A stretch of DNA of 64,000 nucleotides, taken from positions 62,001 to 126,000 of the forward strand of contig NW_027191465.1 in assembly GCF_011745625.1 (NCBI RefSeq), given 5' to 3'. The translations under genes were made by a program, and so were the position numbers. The stretch comes from Cladosporium halotolerans (lineage: Eukaryota). The notes below the pieces were generated by a model. That model had not been told where the DNA came from. It ran no database searches and saw nothing but the letters and a program-made list of their open reading frames with translations. Positions 58,488 through 64,000 of the stretch are shown piece after piece (the first letter of the stretch is position 1; each line of letters begins with the position of its first letter).

Positions 58488-59656
58488 ATGAGCACGCCGG
58501 AGCGCGGAAAGCGCCAGAAGCAGCGCAAGGTGCTGCTGATGGGCCGCTCGGGCGCGGGAAAGTCTTCCATGCGAGCGATCATCTTCAGCAACTACGTGGC
58601 GAAAGATGTCCGCAGGCTCGGCGCGACGATTGATGTAGAACACAGCAATGTCAGGTTCATGGGCAATCTCCTGCTTAATCTGTGGGATTGTGGAGGGTAA
58701 GTTCCTCTGTGTCCTGATGAACCGGGAGCTGCGCAGGGCAGATGGCTAACCCGCCATCTCGTTACAGTCAAGACTCGTTTGTCGAGTCGTACCTCAACAA
58801 CCAACGCTCCCATGTCTTTTCATCTGTGGCAGTGATGATCTTCGTCATCGACATTTCTTCTCGCGAGCCTGCTGCAGACATGATCAACTTCGCCGCCACT
58901 CTCCGCGCCCTTCACGAGCACAGCCCAGGCAGCAAGCTATTTATCCTAATCCACAAAATGGACCTTGTCCCGACCGAACAAAAGCACAAGATTTTTCAGC
59001 AGAAGACAGAAGAAGTTCGCGCGCGCTGCACAGAAGAAGGCTTCACGGATCAACAAGTTGAATTCTGGGCCACATCCATCTGGGACCAGAGCCTGTACCG
59101 CGCCTGGACCCAGGTCCTCTACTTCCTAGTGCCCAATGCCGCCACGATCGAGAGCATGCTGCGCAAGCTGGCTGACTTGCTCGATGCACGCGAGCTCATC
59201 CTCTACGAACGCACGACCTGCCTGGCCGTCACGCACATCACGCGGGCGTCAGAGGCGCACAACCCGTACACAGACCGCTTCGAGCGCATCAGCAGCATCC
59301 TCAAGACGCACAAGCACTCGATGGCGAAGCACACGGGCATGCTCGCGTCGGAGACGAGCTTCGCTGAGATGCAGATCAAGACGGGCGCCTTCATGTTCTT
59401 CATCACGCGCTTGACGGAGAACACCAACCTGGCCGTCGTGATGCCCAGCGATGAGGCAGCCTTCAACGCTGCACGTGTCAACGTGCAGCTGGCGCGCCGC
59501 GAGTTCGCGCAATTCGACATCGTCGAGAAGAAGGCCGCGCGAGACCTGCCGCTGCCTCACCGCCAGGATGGCTACCGGGGTCAGATGTACGGGATGGATG
59601 AAAGTCAATACAGTCTCAACGACGCAGAGGCGCCAATCCGAGGTTACGAGGACTGA
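58488..59656 (+). CDS. GTR1: Rag GTPase Gtr1 (RagA/B), TORC1 amino-acid signalling
   Basis: Exons 58488-58696 and 58768-59656. [35 protein letters not shown] and [11 protein letters not shown]. Confidence 0.96.
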
Positions 59657-62600
59657 GCCGTCACAGTCGCCTCGCCGGAACTGTCTGGTACCGAGGAGGG
59701 GTGGACGATGCAACGTTCGGATATCGCAGTTTATTCAACGCAGCGTCAAGCGCGGCTGCCCGTTCGATTAGCGAGTGAGGGCAAGCTGCGGCCTCGCCCC
59801 GTGTGTGAGTGAATATATCGGGCGCGCTCGCGCGCTGACGCCAAGTCATCCTGCACGCATGCGCCATCTTCAACAACCGACCACGGGTCTCACGTCCCGA
59901 CACTCCCAGGCTGAGGCGGGCGATGCGTGGCGTCTGCTAGGGGCGCGGTATAATATGCAGACGACGGCGGCTATCACCAGTCCGCGAGACAACGCTGCAC
60001 GAGGGACGTCTGGGCGAGATATGGAGTGGTCATATCAGGGCGCGGCAAATACCGGCACGGCGAAGCGAAGCGATGCGAAGAGCGGGCAATCTTTGGGCTG
60101 TGCAACTTCGATATAGCATGGGTATGTATGAGACCTGGCCCTCCGCGGGGTGGATGGGCTTGTGACAATTCACATATCCTCTTCGCCTGCCTGCAGCGGG
60201 TCGGCTGAACAAATCGCTGGACCTCATCTGCGAATACGAGCGGTCGTGCCGTCTCGCATCGTAGCATCGCACCAGAAAGAGGGCCGTCTGCGCCTGAGCC
60301 TGCGTCTGCAACGTACCCCGCCATCAACACCACCGTCACCAAACAGTGCTTTAGCCAGCCAGCCGTTGCATATCATCAGACACACCCTACCACATATATA
60401 CCTCCACCTCCATACCACATACCATCAATGCAACACACACCCCACGTCATCACATATCACATGCCAACACCTTTCTCCAAATTTTAATCCTCCCGTACCG
60501 CTGCACCTCACCAGCCCTTGGGCCCTAACAGCCTCGACTCCGCCCAACACCAAGGCACGCCCAGCAGGCCGCAGACGGCAGCGCCGCCCAATCGGCAAAC
60601 CAAATCGCAGCGCCAGCCGAGCAGCCGAAGTGACACGCATGTCAGTAGTAAACGATCATTTCATTAGAAAGGAAGCAGGGATGCCACCCTGGCAAGGGGG
60701 CGGACGAGTCGCGAGTAGCGCCCGCCCCTCGCGCTCCCTTTCCCTTCGGCTAGCAGCAGCCGTCAGATCAGCACACTGCCGGCCAGCCGCAAACGCGCAA
60801 TAGGCGGGCGTGACGCTGCTGCTGCTGCTGCAAGCCTGCAAGCGAACGCGCCGCGCGCGGGGCTCTCGTCAAGCCTGCGAATCCCTGCTGGCACTACGCG
60901 CGCCGCCCTCGCTCAGCCGCGCGTATACATATACACGGTACACACGGTCTCACGGGGAGCGTGCCCTGTTCTGCAGGAGCTGGTGCCAGCCCGGCGGGGG
61001 CGCAGCGCAGCAACGGTGTGCTGTGTGACTTGTCGCTCGTCACGTCTGCCCTCCTCCTCGTCTTCCCCTCCTCCTGCTCCTCTCGCTTAAGTGCATGGAG
61101 GAGCTCGGGGTCGGGACACATAGGGCAGAGTGCATCGCTCAGCGCGCAGCAGCAGCAGCGAGCAGGCTGGGCGACGCGCGTGGGACGAGACGTGCGTGCG
61201 TGCGTGCGTGTGATCGTGCCGGGCGCGACACATGGGTTCTTGGAGCGCGCGGGATGCTTCCATGCGAGTCGCAGGCCGGACCAGACCAGACTAGGCTGAG
61301 GGAGCGAGCGAGTTAGGGCAGGATCGAAGATGAGAGTGCCTAGCGCGGCGCGAGGGAACCCGAGGGAGCGCAAAACAACCACGTCGAAGGGCGCGCGCAG
61401 GATGGGGCCCCCGGAGCGAAGTAGCGCGCTCCTTCGCCCGGATTGCGAATCGCGGCCGGCAGCTGAAGATGGGCCTCGGAGCGTGCCTTAGGTTTGCTGC
61501 TCCCTGCTGACGGGGGCTGCGGAGCGCCAAGCGCGGGCTTGAGTGCCTTAGCGCGCGACGCCAGCCAGCTGTACCGAAAGTCTGGCTAAAGTAAGGCCTG
61601 CCGCCGAGCGATCCCTGGCTCGAGCGTGCCGCGGGACTCGTCAAGAGAATGGTCAGCCGTGAAGGCGAGCTTCACCCTTGCATCATCCTGATACCGTACC
61701 GGACGGGTGCTGGATGTGCCGGGACAAGACGAAACAAGTCGACCGCTCGGCCAGATGTCCAGACTCGTATCGCGGCAGGTGTCGACCGGCGAAAGGAAGA
61801 CGCCGCACGCGGCACGCACTGGCATGATGCTGACGGGTCCGCTAAAACATGCAGGGATTGATTCCGCTGTGCCAGCGCGAAAAACGCATGAAGAAACTCT
61901 CGTCCGGCAGCCGCAGGGACCCCGGGCGCGGTCGCGCGAACGATGCCGGGCGCCGTCACAAACCTTCGAGGAGACAGCTCCGGGGCGCTAGCTCTTTGGC
62001 ACGCCTGATGGAAGAGCTTCACGGTTCGTGTAACGGAACGCAAAGGCGAGGCGAGTGCGAACGAGCGAGCGAGGGCAAGGCGACACAGAGGAGGGCTGCG
62101 CTGCGGCTGGCCGCGGACGCCGAAGAATCGATCGCCACGCCCAACGCACGCAAGGCGCTGCCCTCCCGCCCGGTAGACAATATATGCGCGTAGGCGAGCG
62201 CGATTGTGCGCGGAGCCCGTGCAGGCTTGCATGAGCGCCGTGTGCGACCTCAGGCCGCCGCCGTTTCTCGGTTTTCGACTGGACGAGCAGCGTGAGAGGT
62301 GGCCGAGCAGCTTTCTGCACGCTATGCGTCCACTGCTGGCCTGACGTGGCGATTACCGTCGGCTCTCGCGCCGGCAACTGCGCGACATCACGAACTGTCG
62401 TCCCCACACGGCGCCAGCGGACACGTGAGTTTGCGGGGCGCGTGCTTGTCAGAGCGTTGCTCAGGGTGTGCCGACGCCGTTACTGGAAGGTCCAAGCAGG
62501 TTCCGCTGGAGATGGTATAGCAAACTATCACATGAAAGAATCAATGACTCGCTCTTCGACGTTCTAAGCTCAAGGCGCTTTGGAGGCACTAGATTTTGCC

Positions 62601-63266
62601 TTTGTTCTCGCTCGTACTCGCAAAAAGCACAGATGTGATGAGAGTCTCCCCTGGTCCAGCCGAGCCCGGCCAGCTGGCAGGAAGGCCCGACTCATGCCTC
62701 GTCGGCAGCGTGCAGGGTGTCAAGAGATTTCACGGGGGAGCACGACAGATCCTCTCGAATTTTGGGCGGCGCGTGCGCCGAAGGGGCGTTCCGTACGACG
62801 ATGCGTGCCGAGACAATGGCGCGGCGTTGCGACGCATGGCTGTCTTGTTGGATGGGTCCATTGACTGGTCCGTTGAAAAGGGGAAGAATGTGATGGTTGA
62901 TAAGAAGCTGTGTTCATTTCAGTCATAGTACTACAGCATGTACAGAAAACACCCGACGGTAGCCGGTACAGAAAGGGCAGCAGATGCGTGCTAACGTATG
63001 GACACCGAAAGTGGTACGTGTGTATGGGTGATCGCTGTGTGGTCATCAAAGCGCTAGTGGACGAGCGGACGATGGTCTGGTCGAACTCCAGCGCGTTGTC
63101 GTTGCAGAAAGATTCTCCGTTGTCCTGTGAATCCCGGAGCAATGGCTGCACGATGGTGCCCAGAGATCTCCTCACATGTGCTGTCGAAATGTCATCCAAT
63201 CGAGCCATTTGAAACCCATCATCCAATGCCGTGTAATGCATTGAGACCGTGTCTCCATGTGAATGT

Positions 63267-64000
63267 TCATGGGCGGCCGCTGGCCGACGAATGCCCGTTT
63301 GAAACCCCTTCTTCCAATGCGTTGAAGTAGACTTTGTCGTCGCAGCCGTAGATGCAGTCAGCTTCCAGCTCAAACTCTTGCTCTAGTGGCCCCTCGATGC
63401 CCCACTGACGGCCGAGCCAGCAGCCGCTTGCTGCTTTGTAGGGTCGCGACAGCACATTCTTGAGTTGCAGAAGCCGGCGTTCTCCTAACCTGCTTTGCTC
63501 GACTGCACTGTTCCAATATTGCGCGAGCTCCCTCAGGCATTCGAGGCCACTAGTAATGCCCTCCAAAGTCGGACCGAGAGTCGAGTCTGGCCCACCGGCT
63601 CCAACGATGTCCACTGCTGAAAGCGCCGCGTAGCCAGGGAAAGGTACTGTGAACTCGAAACGAGTGGGTTGGCCGGTTCTAGGATGGATGGTGTCGCGCC
63701 TAGCGTTCTGAACGGCGCGCATGATGCTCAGTATACTGTGGGCGTGATGATGGCAGGCGCGAATGTTACGAGGCGTAAGGTCCCGCGCCAGAGGATGACG
63801 CATGCAGCGGTTTAGCTTCATGAGCAAGAAGTGGTGCAACACGTGCAGTGAAACGAAGGTGCCGACGTAGCCTTCTTGTATGCTCCGGTCCAAGTTCGCC
63901 TCGCTGTATTGAAGGTATCCAGGGAGCTGTGCGCTCCATTCCACCATTGCAGCATGTGTATTTTTGTAGAGCGTCTCATACGCTTGACGGTAGGTACCGC
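63267..64000 (-). CDS. 3' end of a probable fungal-specific (Zn2Cys6-type) transcription factor; 5' part lies outside the window
   Basis: The frame stays open to the window end. EWSAQLP..LQYSEANL, FVSLHVLHH...LNR, RACHHHAHSIL and CLRELAQYW resemble the C-terminal helical region of Fungal_trans proteins. The DNA-binding domain is not visible. Confidence 0.65.
   Translation of the reverse strand, partial: GTYRQAYETLYKNTHAAMVEWSAQLPGYLQYSEANLDRSIQEGYVGTFVSLHVLHHFLLMKLNRCMRHPLARDLTPRNIRACHHHAHSILSIMRAVQNARRDTIHPRTGQPTRFEFTVPFPGYAALSAVDIVGAGGPDSTLGPTLEGITSGLECLRELAQYWNSAVEQSRLGERRLLQLKNVLSRPYKAASGCWLGRQWGIEGPLEQEFELEADCIYGCDDKVYFNALEEGVSNGHSSASGRP

Noticed and set aside
5093..59656. Phosphate-themed gene cluster (PPX1, SYG1, GTR1)
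   Set aside because: The genes are up to 50 kb apart and interspersed with unrelated housekeeping genes, and no shared motif was seen.
60829..62231. 12-bp inverted repeat TGCAAGCCTGCA / TGCAGGCTTGCA 1.4 kb apart as transposon TIRs
   Set aside because: No transposase remnant or target-site duplication, and a 12-bp inverted match is plausible by chance in 3.6 kb of GC-rich DNA.
59657..63266. Telomerase RNA as the explanation for the long gap
   Set aside because: Only 7-nt CCCTAAC matches were found (60523 +, 61312-18 -), shorter than a usable template, and I recognised no pseudoknot or CR4/5. It cannot be fully excluded without a covariance search.

Overview
Gene-dense eukaryotic DNA from a filamentous ascomycete. 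The mostly 50-90 nt GT-AG introns with CTRAC branch sites and the gene content suggest a Dothideomycete, possibly Capnodiales-like; that placement is inference. About 26 protein-coding loci were reconstructed by hand, two of them running off the window ends. In order: DUF4748-like small protein (partial), SSL2/XPB, SGT1, PPX1, an RA-PH adaptor-like protein, a GT25 glycosyltransferase, an uncharacterised pol-beta-type nucleotidyltransferase-like protein, a NAP/Vps75 histone chaperone, nmrA, a 1472-aa two-OB-fold POT1-like protein, a secreted GH1, an SRPBCC protein, TAF11, a SID1-like kinase, STE23/insulysin, GID7/WDR26, a WW protein, ERG20, NOB1, SYG1, rhamnogalacturonase A, GTR1 and the 3' end of a fungal transcription factor, plus three hypothetical ORFs. 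No transposon, rRNA, tRNA, CRISPR array or secondary-metabolite cluster is visible. The most notable unexplained signals are: (1) recurring C-rich to G-rich skew switches that ignore gene orientation; (2) a probable CUG-initiated N-terminal extension of GID7/WDR26; (3) a candidate box H/ACA snoRNA at about 25.6 kb; (4) the nucleotidyltransferase-like gene; (5) STE23 with both an upstream mitochondrial-presequence start and a C-terminal PTS1; (6) a 3.6 kb apparently non-coding gap with hairpins between two convergent genes. All family calls are from motif recognition by eye, not database searches.
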